Part shown: positions 1-14,200 of the stretch, in pieces
Layout of the letters: each line of letters begins with the position of its first letter
How positions within the stretch are numbered: position 1 is the first letter of the stretch
Program-made: the position numbers and the translations under genes
Assembly (NCBI GenBank): GCA_048128005.1
Contig: JBEUKZ010000122.1
Span: forward strand, 62,001 to 126,000
Direction: 5' to 3'
From: Veleropilina oligotropha
Taxonomy: Eukaryota
Length of the DNA stretch: 64,000 nt
Notes under the pieces: generated by a model
The model's input: the letters and a program-made list of their open reading frames with translations, nothing else
Databases searched by the model: none
What the model was told of the DNA's origin: nothing

Positions 1-794
1 TACACGAGCAAGGATCCAGGCAGAACAAATATTTGCAATGTTGAATATTATTAAATGACTATATTCATAAATTATTTACACACGCTTTACTAAATAAATG
101 AAATTATTCTGACTTTGGCCAAAAGAATGCAATACATAATACAATTGCATAAACTCGCGGATGCGAGGTTTCTATAGGATGTCATCACGTGTCGATAAAA
201 TGTCACCCGGAAATTACATTGAAATGATTCGGCAGTAGACTAGTGAAAGGAGAGCTTTATTAGTCATTAAATAAATGTGTTCTGACGACAATTATGAAGT
301 TACGTGTGGTTCTGTGTTATCTTCTCAGATATCAGATGAGGCCGTTTCACAGTGAGGAAAATATAAATATAAATTTTCTACGAGGCGGGGAACTTAACGT
401 CCCCGCCTCGTACCGTTGACCTACGGTCGCAAATAAGTCTACCCAAAAATATATTCCTGGCGGAAACCCTGTCATAGTAGGTATTTGTTGTACCAATCAT
501 CCTTCATCCAAATACATATACAATACTAAAATGATTCCAAAGTCATCAGCCATTGCAATGTGAGCTCTACTAAAATCTAACTGAATGCAGTCAGAGTTCT
601 GCTTCTACTTCTAGCGATGATGTACATGTGATCATTATCATAATATCAAGCTGGATTTGTATTATGTCGCTTGGCAATCTCGTCCGTGAACATGCAGTAT
701 AAGCATAGTTTTCCTGGGATATCTCCTGAGTGGATAACAATATTTTATGCTATTTACATGGAGTATGTGATACCGAATTAGTATGATATCAGTT

Positions 795-1020
795 GAGCGG
801 CATCAGTGGTTGAGTGGTTAGCATGTCAGAAGCTCAGCCGAAGCTGTTCGAGGCCAGCGGCGGTTTGTTCTACTTCTTAAAATAATAGAAGGCATATCCG
901 TAATATATGTGACTTATTTGCCGGTCAGTTCGGAGTGAGACCTTTATAAACTGTGTGTCCCGACTAAAATACAGCTGAAAAATTGTTAAAAGTTGTCGTA
1001 AAACAATTTTGCCGACCAAT
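795..1020 (+). mobile_element. tRNA-derived SINE, family B (old)
   Basis: tRNA-like head GTGGTTGAGTGGTTAG...GTTCGAGGCC; body shared with about 5700-5920 (minus) and 48940-49165 (plus): AATAGA.GGCATATCC...TCGGAGTGAGACCTT...GTCGTAAAACAAT. Confidence 0.6.
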
Positions 1021-2154
1021 CTGATATCAATGTACTTGTAATAATTTTACCACAAAATATAAAGTAAAACTCAAATATTAAAACTACCCTCTTAAAAAGA
1101 AATATTGTTTCTCTTCAATGTAATATTACCATATGTATTTCTGTCCAGTCTGATTTATAAGTGCATTCATAGTTGCAAAATAAATGGGTCAGTTCGAACA
1201 TTGGAACAAATTAAAGCTGACCTGACATCTGCCAGTCACAGCATGAGATAGTTTGCCCCTTCCGAAACTGTTCTGTCCAGAAAACAAATCTGCATCTTGT
1301 GATATCTGTAGGATTATTAATTTTAAAGCTGATATCATATTCATACTAGTTAATAATATGTTATTCAACATTTCAGGTTGTAACCATAACAACGGCTAGT
1401 GACCTGGGTACATGTGGTGTGACCAGCTGCATAGATTTCTATAAAACATTTGACAAGTCAGAGATAGTGTCTCGAACGGCGATTTTACAGAATGCTTTCA
1501 GAGCCTGCTCAGTATTTCATCGTTCACGAGCGACGATCGTCATTGTCATTAATTCAGTGGAAGAGTTTATTGCAATTTATCATTACAACGTATTCAGACA
1601 TTTGAGTGAAATCGTGCAATCATGCAAAGACAATGGAGTGTATGTTTATATAATTTTAGCCAAGGTAAGATATATAATTGTTCTATCATTAGATTGGCGA
1701 CACCGTGGTGTAAATAGAGGGTATTTGATGGTATGTCAGAAATATTAAATATATTTTGTCGAGTGAAATATATCCTAGCGGATTCACGAAAGGCCAGAGG
1801 CTAGGATATAGTTCACGAGACAAAATATATTTAATATTTCTGACATAACATAGAATGCTCTATTTATTATATAAATGGGTTAGTTATCAATTAAATACTG
1901 TTTTCATTATATCGCCATGCTTATTGTTGTGAAAGAATGAACGCCTTCGTTGTAATGTTGAAATGTAGTTCGCCATCATAATGTCGCCATGGACAATGTT
2001 TTTATGACGTCACTTTATGACGCGTTTTTGATATTTTCACTCACGAGAGTGAAATATGGAAAATAGTTTCACTCACGTGAGTGAAAATATAGATGAGTGA
2101 ATTACCAATTATATTTTTGCCATTAATTAACGAATAACAGTACCATTTATATAA

Positions 2155-2601
2155 TCTATACTATAATCGTGGAGAGTTTGTCTGTCTGTGTGTGTGTGTG
2201 TCTCCTATAGGCTCCCAAACGGCTGGACCGATCTCCACCAAATTTGGCATGTGAACTAAGGGTACCAAGGCGGTGGTTATGGCGCTTTCAAATTTTTTTT
2301 TGGGGGGGGCAGGGGTGGTTTTTTGGGGGGGAATTTTCATAACAGTTATAACGTTACAAACGGCTGGACCGATCTCCACCAAATTTGGCATGTTAACTAA
2401 GGGTACCAAGGCAGTGGTTATGGCGCTTTCAAATTTTTTTTTGGGGGGGCGGGGGTGGTTTTTTTGGGGGGGAATTTTCATATTTTCATAGTTAGCACTC
2501 AGTGGAGATCTTTCGTGGAATGTTAGAGGCGTTCAAGATACAAAATTAGGTTATTGATGAGGTGGGGAGACTCATCCGTCGAAGACGGGTACCCTGGCTA
2601 G
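2155..2601 (+). mobile_element. Non-autonomous Helitron
   Basis: 5' TC, 3' CTAG preceded by hairpin CCGTCGAAGACGG, inserted between A and T; internal duplication of about 140 bp. Confidence 0.75.
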
Positions 2602-3578
2602 TAATGGATATGAGCACAGCCACCAATGCAATTCACTCGCCTGAGAGCTCTGATTCACAAGAGTGGGTTAATATCCTTGGCTGAGCACCTTGTTCAATTA
2701 GCAGTCACAGGTGTCTGTAACTGGCTGGTGTGGGCGCGTTTCTCTGAGCGATCATGCTTTACTCTCATGGTTAAATGGACACGCCGTGGCATGATCCTGA
2801 AGTGTGTTTAAATGGGGAATTATGCATCTATCAAGACCAAAACAAAGCTATCATTATGGTGACTCCTTACATATTGCGCCTTTCCATGCACGAATGTTGT
2901 TCATAGCGCTACATCATTATTATTCCCTGGTTACCGAACTCTTCAATCTGAGATACCGTCTTGACTCTCTTTGAGAGTAAAAAGCCGAGCTGCCATTTAG
3001 GTGCTTCAAACTTGCCGTACGGACAATTTCCGTCACTGCCAACCAGGTACCCACTTAGATCTCGGATTGGTTGGATGAAACCGAGGCACATAAATTATAT
3101 GTTTATCCTTGCCCAAGGGAATTCCCTGTGACCTGGAATTGAAACCCAATCCTCAAAATGATAGGCCAGTGCTCTATCACTGAACACGGCCGCAGCATAT
3201 CATTTGATAGTGCTGGTCCTTTTTGACCAACACTGACAGGTGTGAATTTTTAATGATCAATGACTGCAGAATTAGGTTGATCGGTTACAGCTTGCACTGA
3301 CTACCAATCCACTTGCACTGACTACCCTGATTTTGAAAGGGTCGGATGAAGACAGTAATCCGTAACGGATTAAGTGTTGGTTTGTCCAATTTAACAACTT
3401 TTTAATGTCATATCAGGACATTTCCATATTATTGTAGAATAGATTGTTCATGGTCCTAAAGAATGATATTGTAGATATTTTTTACTTTTAGAACTTATTT
3501 TGAAATTAAAATTTCCGAAGTTTCGGCCATTATTGAATGGCCTTGGTCACGTGATGTTGCTTTTGCGTCTGGCCACCT

Positions 3579-3820
3579 GTGCCCAGTTATATGAGCAAGG
3601 CGTAGCTCTAGTCCAGGACTAGTGTATATTATATATTACCATTGCTGAAGGACTAAAACGTTGATTGCACTTTAGGAGAGCGGGCAATGGTAGTTCTTGC
3701 TAAGATACATTGCATAACTTAAGCAAAAAGTAGCCTAGCCCGCTCTCCTCTCGTTTTAGTCATATAACAAAGGTAAGCTAGTCCTGGACTAAAGCTACGC
3801 CTTGCTCATAAAACCGGGCA
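3579..3820. mobile_element. PIF/Harbinger-like MITE
   Basis: TIR of about 40 bp: TGCCCAGTTATATGAGCAAGGCGTAGC..AGTCCAGGACTAG, with inverse at 3778-3820. Confidence 0.7.
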
Positions 3821-3821
3821 C

Positions 3822-4015
3822 AGGTTTAAAGAACACCTTAACTTGGACAAACCGACAGCAGTGTCGATTGATAACACCAAGGTTCTGGCCAGGGAGGCAA
3901 ACTGGCTCAAAAGGAAAATCAAAGAATCGATCCCTATCATCAGCCGTACGCCATCTATGAACAGAGACCAGGGATACCAGCTACCCGCCATCTACCGCCA
4001 GGTGCTCAACACGAT
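3822..4015 (+). mobile_element. Penelope-like retroelement fragment (GIY-YIG endonuclease C-terminus)
   Basis: RFKEH...IDNTKVLAREANWLKRKIKESI.I....PSMNRDQGYQLPAIY. Confidence 0.75.
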
Positions 4016-5066
4016 TCCTGAGCAGCAGTTACGCAAGAGGAAACATCATGGCCATTCGATAATGGGAAACGTGGGAAATTTTAGTTTAAAAAATTCTAAA
4101 ATTTCCATATTAGCGTTGGATGAAAACCTGCCCCTGCCAGTTGTGGACAACTGTCGCCAAATGAGGGCGTTTCAACAAATACTGAATATACGTGTAGTAT
4201 AGGCGTTACTAGAACGCTAAATTAATATACCCTTGCAGTTGCAATAAGGATTGGTGAATTAAAAATCATAATGTATGCAAAATTTGGCTTTACCACACAT
4301 TTCTGTCAAATATATGTGATGTAGAGTTTGAACGACTGTCTGATTAGGATCCAATCGACTTGGCTGATAACCAACTCAACGCTCAGATTACGTATTCTTC
4401 GGTCATTGACATCATGCTTAAGATTCAAGCACTTGAATGCTTTAAATACAATAATATTGTGCGTTAATTGGTCGTTCACCAGGAACAATACTGAATTGCT
4501 TTAGGACACATGATGCCAAGCATGTCATCACCTGGTCGTAATTGTATCCCCGGACAAGAGTCTGGGATAGTATGGTTTAGTCAGCGTTCATCCGGGTCTG
4601 CCGCAGATATTTCTTGTGTGCGCTCTACAGTGAATTGTTCAAATGCGATTTAATCAAATTTGGTGTGCACGTTAGTTATGATGTGGACACGCTGCCTAAC
4701 GATTTTCGTCGTTTTTGGATTCAAGATGTCGCCATTTTGTTTGGAGAGATGCTTGTGCGTGCCCTACAGTGAAAATTTTTAATCAGATTTGATTCAAATT
4801 TGGTCTGGGCATTAGTTATGATTTTCGAATTCATTTTGTTTGGAGGAATTTCTTGTGCGCACTCTACGGTGAAAAATTTTGATCCGATTTGATATGCGCG
4901 TTAGTTATGATGAGGACACGACGCCTATTGATTTTCGCTGCCATGGAATCTAGGGGATACCTCGACATGCTGTGTTGAGGACTTAGCTACTGAGAGATTT
5001 TGTAGTGCCAACCTAGAGATTCTACATATGAATGTATTTATAATCTAAATCAGAGCTATTAATAAC

Positions 5067-5389
5067 CAGGGTTCACACATGTCCTTGAAAGTCATGGAAT
5101 TGTATTGATGCTGTTTCAAGGCCCTTGAAATCATGGCATTTGGGCAGAAAGTTTTGGAAAAGTCATTGAATTTTACTTTTCGTTGTTGTTATCCGACTAA
5201 AATGTGTCTCTGTGGTGGTTGGAGAATAAATTTTAGCTATAGTAAAATGAAACGAAGCGCAGACTAAGCAGGGTTTGGTTTAGGGTTACCTTTGAACTAT
5301 TTCGTATTCAGAGATATACCCTTGAAATTCGGAAATTAGTCCTTGAAAAGATCCTTGAAATTTGTCATTGGAAATCTGTATGAACCCTG
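5067..5389. mobile_element. hAT-like MITE (CAGGGTTC...GAACCCTG)
   Basis: TIR; near-identical copy at 52181-52530; related element at 55824-56127. Confidence 0.7.
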
Positions 5390-6453
5390 AATACCAGAGT
5401 AAATAAAGACATTATGGCATAATTATGTGGTGATCCTTCATGTTCTTCTCTTTCAGACTCACTCCGGCGAATGCGTAAACTCAGCTAGCGTCTCTGATTG
5501 CATTGCGTCGCTCATCTGGGAGAGAAATGAATCTTTTGTTGGACAAGTGTTTTGCTTCTAAACACGCATGAATGGACCTATCTGTACACATACCTCAGTG
5601 ATATTAATGATGTCTGTCTGTCTGTATAATATATATTCATTTTTATAAAGTATAAATTTTGTTTTGAAGGTGGACAGTTTTTATTATTATTACAATTTAA
5701 TTGGTTGGTTGGCAACATTGTTTTACGACCACTTTTAGCAATTATTTTCAGTTGTATCATAGTCGGAACACCCGGTTTAAGGTCTCACTCCGATCTGAAA
5801 GACATACATTAGGGATATGCCATCTATTAGTTTTAAGTGTTAGAATAGCCACGCCGGAGTGGGGGTTTGAACCCACATCCTACCATCCCACATCGCTTTT
5901 CCGACGCTCTACCAGTTGAGATATCAAGGACAATTTAATTAAAGAGATATCAGTTTTGTGGTGGTGATTCCAAAAATATATATATTGATGGTTGGACCAT
6001 GTACCGTGGGTCTCGTCTGCTATGACACCAAATCCCCAAACACACTCCGGCCCTAAGGCGCGGTATTTAATTTCAGGTTGGAACACGCATAATATTATCG
6101 CTGATGACTTAGCAAACTAAGGCCGGTGAATTTCTCATATTTGTTATGGCAGATGAAATGATCATAATATTCCATGAGGATTCAGCGGTCTCCTGCGATA
6201 AAATGGTGTCTTTGAGCTGTGATGGTGCAACCGATTGCCTACCTCACCATAGCACTGCTCTGATTAGTGTTTTTTGCTTGAACGAAGAACCAGTCATATT
6301 TATAAACTCAATTTGACTGAACAAACCAGTTGAAGTAAAAAAATTGTTGCAAATTACAGGGTCTTGGTTACTCTTAGACTAGAAAATCTGATTACAAGAT
6401 GCAGTACGTTGGAATGTAAAATAGGCAATGCGATGTTGATGCCTGCGCACCAG

Positions 6454-8128
6454 GGCCGGTATTCATAAAAAATCTTATTTGAGGACGCCCTAAGTCTATG
6501 TGACATGACTAACACTGTGTATCACCTACTACGTTGAGATTTATAAACGACCATAAGCAACACATAACTGTGTGTATTGAATAACTTAAGTGTGTTGCGT
6601 AAACCTTCCGCAAAGTCGTTGCTATGCAAGAAGAACATCGAACAACCACTTTGTTCTATTGTTGTAGACAATAATTGCTTTTCACTGAATATAACAGAGA
6701 CGTGGGTATGCCTATACTGCTCAATGCCAGACCACTTAGCCAGAATGTTAATAAATTTGAATATTGTATTCTTCACATACTGTCCTATCGGATCAGAGGG
6801 GGTCCAGGAGGTCCGAACCCCCTAACCCTGTGAAAGAAACGAATAGTTTACTTAGGCCTATACATTTTAGTGAAAATTGTTCATAATTGTTGATGAGAAA
6901 TATCACGATTGCACTGCCAGAATGCAGGAGAGGTGGTTTCACACCGTCAATTGTCAAAATTTTCTGGGTAAAAAGTGGTCCGGGCCCATCCTGTTGAAAA
7001 TCAGAAACGCATCTGTTTGATTGTCAAAAAAACGTAAAATTTACACATACAATTTAGTGACGAAATTGTTGATAGGAAATAGAGCGTTTGCACTGTCAGA
7101 ATGCAGGATAGGGAGTTTCACCTCATTAATAGGCATAATTTTATGGGGTGTCTAGGTGGTCCGGACCTCATATGAAAATCAGAAATGCATGATTGATTGT
7201 AAAAACCCGAAAAAGTGACTCATACATTTTAGTGAAGTTGGTTCACAAATGTTGGTAAGAAATATCATGTTTGCACTGTAACAATGCAATGTGAAAAGTT
7301 TTTTCCGCGCGGGGGCACGCCCCCACGTGGACCGTTGATAGTATATTTGGTCAAAGTTGGACCCTTCCTTGTCAAAATCCGGGCTCCACCCTTGGCCAGG
7401 CCAATGATAAAATAATAGTCCTGTAAATATACCGCCATTCATGTTGCATCGATCCATTTGTGAATTTCATAAACTACTTTCATTACCCCAAGAAAATGGG
7501 GAATTTCATAAATGCATCTAATAGCCTGTGGATTAAATTGTTCGTCGATGGAAACTGTACAACACTCTCCATCGACATAAGTAGGCCTGCTAGGTGTCAT
7601 AATTTATCTGTGTAATAATTCGATACATCCTTGACTGAGATATTATATGGTATGTACGGTATCAGCTGCAATTTGTTGAAATGATATGCATAAGGTCCTA
7701 CCGTTGCAAATGGGAAGTGCATGGCTCCTTAATGTGTTTTGATTCCAATTCATTGTTAATGTCGTCAATATGATCAAACATGTCACTCCAAACGGCCGGT
7801 TAGCTTTGATATAATTCAAGTATCAGAAAGTCTGAAATCTGTCAAGAAAAACATTTTCCAGATAGATTTCACGCTTCCGATGCATCTCCATTTGGGCAGC
7901 AAACACCAATACGGCCATATCTTTCGATTTTATCGAGAGAAATTATTAAAATATGAACAGAATAACCAAACCACGTAGAGTTATGCCAGCCTCGAAGGTG
8001 TCCTAAATCCAGGACGAGACATAGGTGTATTGCCTGAGATAGGTAGAATATTGAATCACACCTGTTCGTAGCACCTATCTTAGGAGTGCATTTAGGCAAT
8101 TTTTCAGACTTAAGTTTGAATACCGGCG
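6454..8128 (-). mobile_element. Degenerate PIF/Harbinger element
   Basis: TIR GGCCGGTATTCA / TGAATACCGGCG with CWG flanks; decayed HARBI1-like peptide fragments on minus at about 7450-7730 (RSHALP, FAT, VVQFP, FLGV). Confidence 0.55.
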
Positions 8129-11100
8129 CTGGACACTGCTATATCGAACCAGTTTGCCATTTGTTACATGTGAACGAGACTGATTCTTAATCGATTTGAA
8201 TCTCAACTGATTCAGATGTCAACCTCTTGACAGTTTGTCATGTAAGCGGGCTTTGGACTGTTCATAACTCTGCCAAGTTATCTAATTATTGTGAAAACAA
8301 CTTCAGGATAACAATTATCTGTTTATTACAACAACGATATTTACATAACGATATTCAACATAAATTATTAGTTCCACAACGTAAATCCATGACTGACATT
8401 ATGTTTTCAAATTTAAACATTATAAATATATTCATTTACCTTATTAAGAACAGGTCCTAAACATCATTTTCCAATAAATTGACAATTTAGAAGAAGACTG
8501 CCTGCCTGACAAAGCACAATTATTATGATTACCAATTGTCAGAAAACTTTAATTTAAAGGTCATATTTCGATGTTTTACCTAAAACAGGACCTAAGTGAC
8601 ATCGTCAAACACTTTACATATTTGAAATTTTTACTTATATCCATACTACAGCAACGCTCCTTTTCTGACTACTGAGCTATAACATACAACTAACTGATTT
8701 TAATTGGTTAATTTATAAAATTTCAGTTTAGTGTTACCCATACAGGCAGAGCAATGAAGACTACTTATATATATGTACATGTGAAGAATTCTGGTAGATC
8801 CGAGGAGCGTAGGTCTCAGTCCCAATGGTCCAGCGTCGCAACCACTGTCATGCCTACCTTGGCAGCATAGAAAAAAGACATCCAGGGTTCGTTCTCCATG
8901 GACTTGTTAGGTGGTAAAATTAACGAACCGCTTCCATGTTATGTCAGTTTTATTATAAAATTTAATATGCTTCCACCTCATAATTTGTTCATATTCGTTG
9001 ATTTTGTTCGTATTGATGCTTAATGTCCCTTTTTTAACAACCTTCACCTTCATATCAGGACATGTCCATATTATTATTTATCACATGACAAAGATGTTAT
9101 GAAACGGTAGAAGCCATTCCATATATTCGATACAAAAGACACGTTCTATAAGTATGCAAATGCGGGCGAGCTAGACGCCATGTCGTCGCATCTGACGCCA
9201 AGTTGATTAGGTGGCACGTGCTGTCGAGGCGTGATGCGTCTGAGGAAGGCCGTTTAATGGCTGAAATTAATGACAGAAATTAGTTTAAAATGTAAAGAAA
9301 TGAGTTTAAAAACATAATAAAATAAGTTCAAAGGCAAATAAAGTCATGTGATAAAGACGATATCAAACTTGTTTACATTTTATTTGAGAATTATGAAACT
9401 CGTCAGCAAATGTATGTACCTCGCCAAGGCTCGGTACATAAATTGTGCCTGACTCATTTCATGATTCTCATATGAAACGGACACTCGTTCGATATCCTCT
9501 ATATATTAGGCTGTGTTAAATTGATACCTTGTTTCTTGTCCCGCGCGCGCTTTGGTTTACCCATCCATGCCGATTTTGGCCGCATTGCTTTTCAACACAC
9601 AAAAAATAGAAAAAAAATATTTTTGACTTTTTTCCAGACAGTATTTCATGTGATGCAAAATTTCGCTGTCTGTAGTTTTCATCCCTAATTTTTCTACTTT
9701 TAGTTTAATATACAGAAGTTATGAAATATACCTGTATTGTAAATTTAAAGGCTGTTCTGTGTTCACCTGTTACCACTGTTCTTTGTTGATTGCCTCCTTG
9801 CAGTCATTACTGTTTGCAAATAAATTTTAATTGTATTTGCAACAACATGAAAGACATTTGTGTTTGAAACACCGTCTCTCTAGATCTGTGCCAGCTTATT
9901 ATATGACACTTGTAACTATTAATAAAACAAATGACTCATATTTGCAAGTTAAAACTAACAATCTCTGGCATCTTCATAACTAACCATTTAAAGATGATGG
10001 ACAATGTTTTATTGCTGAAATTTGTTGATGTGATCACTAAACAGAAGTCAATCATTCATCTGCCATAAAAAAATAGAAAATATAAGGGTATTCATTTTAA
10101 ATATGCATGTATGCAAGCCCATGGTCAGAATATCCTCGAACAAAATGTTGTGCGGAAAATGACTGTTGTGTTGACCGCTTTACTGCTTTGTTTTACCAGA
10201 AGCATGGGACAAGAAACAAGGAATCAATTTAGCACAGCCTTAATGAAAGCCTGGTCGCCACGGAAACCCACCCTCACTGGCCAGTTTTGCGTATCTAAGA
10301 GTGTTAACAGACAAAGAAGTGCCCCACCAAGGATTCATACCTACTGTTAAAAGGTCAAGCAGTCAAGAGATTGAATTCAGAGTCTGCCCTCTTATCCACT
10401 CGGCGACCGGCATAGTCACATATGCCTTGACATGCGAAATTGAGCAGGCAGAGAACATGATGAAAGTAATTATTTGCAATTTATAATCCTATTGTAACAT
10501 TCTCCCCCTTCTATATCCTTCAGACATTTGTACATAATACTGTTGACGAGTTATTACTAAGTTTATTGCTTTTTCACCGATTTTGAATTAGATCATTTGT
10601 CTAAAAAAAATGTCTTACTTCATTATTCATTATTAAGAATATAAAATGATCAATATCTCACCACAGTTATTTAAAAGTATAAAAATAAGAATAAAACTAA
10701 ACACTGAAGACCGCATTCCATTCAACGCACATGGTTCTTGAGTATATAATTTACAAACTAACATTTCACAAGATTCATCTGTATAACTTACATTTGCATA
10801 AGTAAAAGAATACTTTTTCATATATAGATGTAAAAATACACACTGAAAAAACTATATTAAAATACACTGCCAAATAAATTGAAGTATTTCAAAGATCAAT
10901 ATATTATTAAATATACAAATTTAAGTAAACATTTACAAACACATTATCCATTATATACAGTATATAAACCTAGACTGCTTAAAAACAGCTACATACAAAA
11001 AATAACAAGAAATTAATCATATATTTTATACGTTAAACAGGTATACATTTGATGGAAAACATCAAAATAGTTATGTAGAGTCAAAAATTATTACAATTCC

Positions 11101-11262
11101 AAAGAGTACACGTACTGTCATTATGCAATATGCCACATAAATAAACACTATCTTATTGGTAATATTGAGCTCCCGGACACGCCAGAGTATGGCGATTAAA
11201 TCTAGCTAACAATAAAATCACTGATTCTGGATGTTGTAAGTGCAATTTCGGAGATCTGTCGA

Positions 11263-14200
11263 TCAGAACCCCCAGGTGTATCCTCCACCGGAGCCCCCAC
11301 TGAACCAATCAGCTTTTCTCTGGGTTGCCACGACATTCGCTCCCTGCATCGATGCCATCTGCATTTGGTTAGCCATGACACCTGGTGGTGGTGGCTGTAA
11401 ACAAGGGGACATAATCAAATGAAGGTGTATGATGAATTTGTTTACTAGCTGGTCAAGTGATGGAATCATTAACCATATTTACCATTCCTGTTTGAAGAAC
11501 AGTAGAGCTATTGCTATTGACAGCTCATACGTCGGTGTTTCCAACATGGGCGTGGCCGGTTTGACAAATGAAAATTTTTACAAAAATATTTCATAGTATA
11601 TTTCAAATTGATATCTTTAACTCTAAAAAGTGGTGCAAACGATTCATAAATATTAGTAAAATACTTCGTATTTGCTCTCTCAAAATGCAGGGGAGTGGAT
11701 TTCACACCCTTAATTATGAAAATTTTCCTAGACTGCCATTGATAGTATATTTATTGTATAGTTCGACCCCCTTTCAAATACCTGGATATGCCAATGTCCA
11801 GAGTTGAATTATGGAAAATGTTTAGTTAGTGTCTATCCTGGATATCTTCGTGTTTGTCTGTCGGTGCACATTTTAAGTAGCCCAAAAAATCTTTGGGTGT
11901 GGCAGCAAAATTGTTAAAACTTAAAAAGTCACAACTTACTGGTATGTTTGATGTCGCTGTGCTGTCAAATCTGGCCCCGGCATCAAATCCACCCTGCACC
12001 ATGACGGTTTGGCCGGACAGCGGTGTCGGCGCGTACATCTGAGGCTGCGGCTGGGGATGTAGCTGTGGGTGCCCATGGGGACTCTGAAAGGGAGACAACT
12101 CAATGAAGGCAAGCAGGCTCCCAAAGGGAGACAACTGAAACAAGGAACACTTTGAAAAGCGAGACAACTTTAAATGGCTGCATGCAACCATGAGTGCTCG
12201 GAAATGGAAATAATTACATGATTACACCCATGAGAGATTTGAAAGTGAGACAATTTAATGACGGAAAGCATTAAAGCTACGAAGGGGGACAACTTACTAA
12301 AGGCAAGCTTGAGCGCTCTGAAAGAGAGATAATTTAATAACTACAGGGTTAAGTAATGGAGCCCACGAAGTCTTACTGCATGCAGTCAATAGGGGTCTGA
12401 AAGGAAGACAACTTAAAGAGCACTCTAAAATGGGGACAATTTATTGATTACAACCATGAGAGCTCAGAAAGGAAAATAACTTTGTGCATACAATTAATAT
12501 AATGATATATACTTACAGCGGTGTATGCGGGGGGAGGGCCCTGTGGAGCTCCCCCCTGTGGGTAGCCCATAGAGCTGCCAGGAGCTGGAGCATACCCCCC
12601 AGGAGCTGGAGCATACTCCCCAGGAGGCGGGGCATACCCCCCAGGGGCTGGAGCATACTCCCCAGGAGGCGGGGCATACCCCCCAGCAGTCGGTTGTCCC
12701 GGGTAACCCATTCCATACTGAGGAATGGGTGCTAAAGGAACAAGTTCTCACAATTATTATTACGTTACTGCAAATATGTGCATTCATATATATATATTAT
12801 TATTATATATATGCTACTTGTATACAGTATGACACAAGCTGTTACATTCAAAGATTACATAATATTGTGTTGATACTACATGCACATAGATCTATTACCA
12901 TACAAGCCTCACTGTGATCATGTAGATAGCAGATCAACAGGGCCAGCGCCGCTTATTCGCCACTACGCCAAAGACTAATGAAACTAATATCTGGCGAGAA
13001 GCTTGACTAAATGGCTAATGTCTTTGGCGAAAAGTTTGTCAAAGTCAAACTGTTGCAAACTAAACTACAGTTATCACCATCTGTACAAAGTAGATATCTG
13101 CTAACATAATTGATAGTTGGTGATTTCATGGAACACTGCAATGGGCGACATTGCCATTAATCTACTCAGAGACTATCTGACTTGTGATAAGGCACACAGG
13201 GTGTTATCTCTTTTCAATAATGAGTTTAAATGGTCTACCACTATAAACTTAATGCTACAATTGAACTTGTCATGTTGAATAAAATAGTTTAGTACTGTAC
13301 TTTTGTAGATTCTCTGTGCCGTATAATAATAAATATCATAAATATAATGATGGCTAAAGCTTGAGACATTTGGCTAAAAAAAATTTCAGGTGGATAAAAT
13401 TTTGGCTAAAAGAAATATGTAGGCGGCGCTGGCCATGGATCAATTGATATACAATCTAACGACGTATACAAAGTCTAATAGTCATAATACGTAGATATTA
13501 CACAGATCACTACAAGCCATCCTATAAAAGCATGACTCATATTGTATATATGTACGCTACACAAAGAGCTAAAGAAGCCTCATATAATGTTAGTGTTGCG
13601 GGACCGCATTACAGAGATGGGGTCATGATCACTACAAGCCATCCTATAAAAGCATGGCTCATATTGTATATATGTACGCTACACAAAGAGCTAAAGAAGC
13701 CTCATATAATGTTACTGTTGCGGGACCGCATTACAGATGGGGTCATGAGATTACAATCAAATTGAAAGTATGAATTGAGCGGGATATTAGTTTCGTACCC
13801 TGTTCAGTGGAGTAACAGTTCCTTACCTTGTTGTTGAGTGGGGTATCCATAACCTGCTTGGGGATAACCAGCAGCCCCGCCAGATTTCTTACTGGATTTC
13901 CCTGAAAAAACAGAATAACACAACTATAAACGTTACACAGTGCCTAGTCACTAATTATCAGTTCAGAGTCTTCATTGAAACTTGGCAGAGATTGCACAAA
14001 AATGTTGAGTGAGTTTATAGGGTCACATGATGGGCAGCAGAGTGGTCATTTGACATTATTTGGTCATAGGTCGCAGGTAGTCAGTCCATACACAGTGTCG
14101 ATGCGACGAATGCCGGCTGACTCGGACCCTGGATGACCCTGACTCGGACCTTCATTTATGGCTTACTCGGACCTCTGAATTTTTTTTAATCAAATCTACG

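Noticed and set aside
2161..2491. Repetitive 106-aa and 72-aa ORFs
   Set aside because: Internal duplication of a non-autonomous Helitron.
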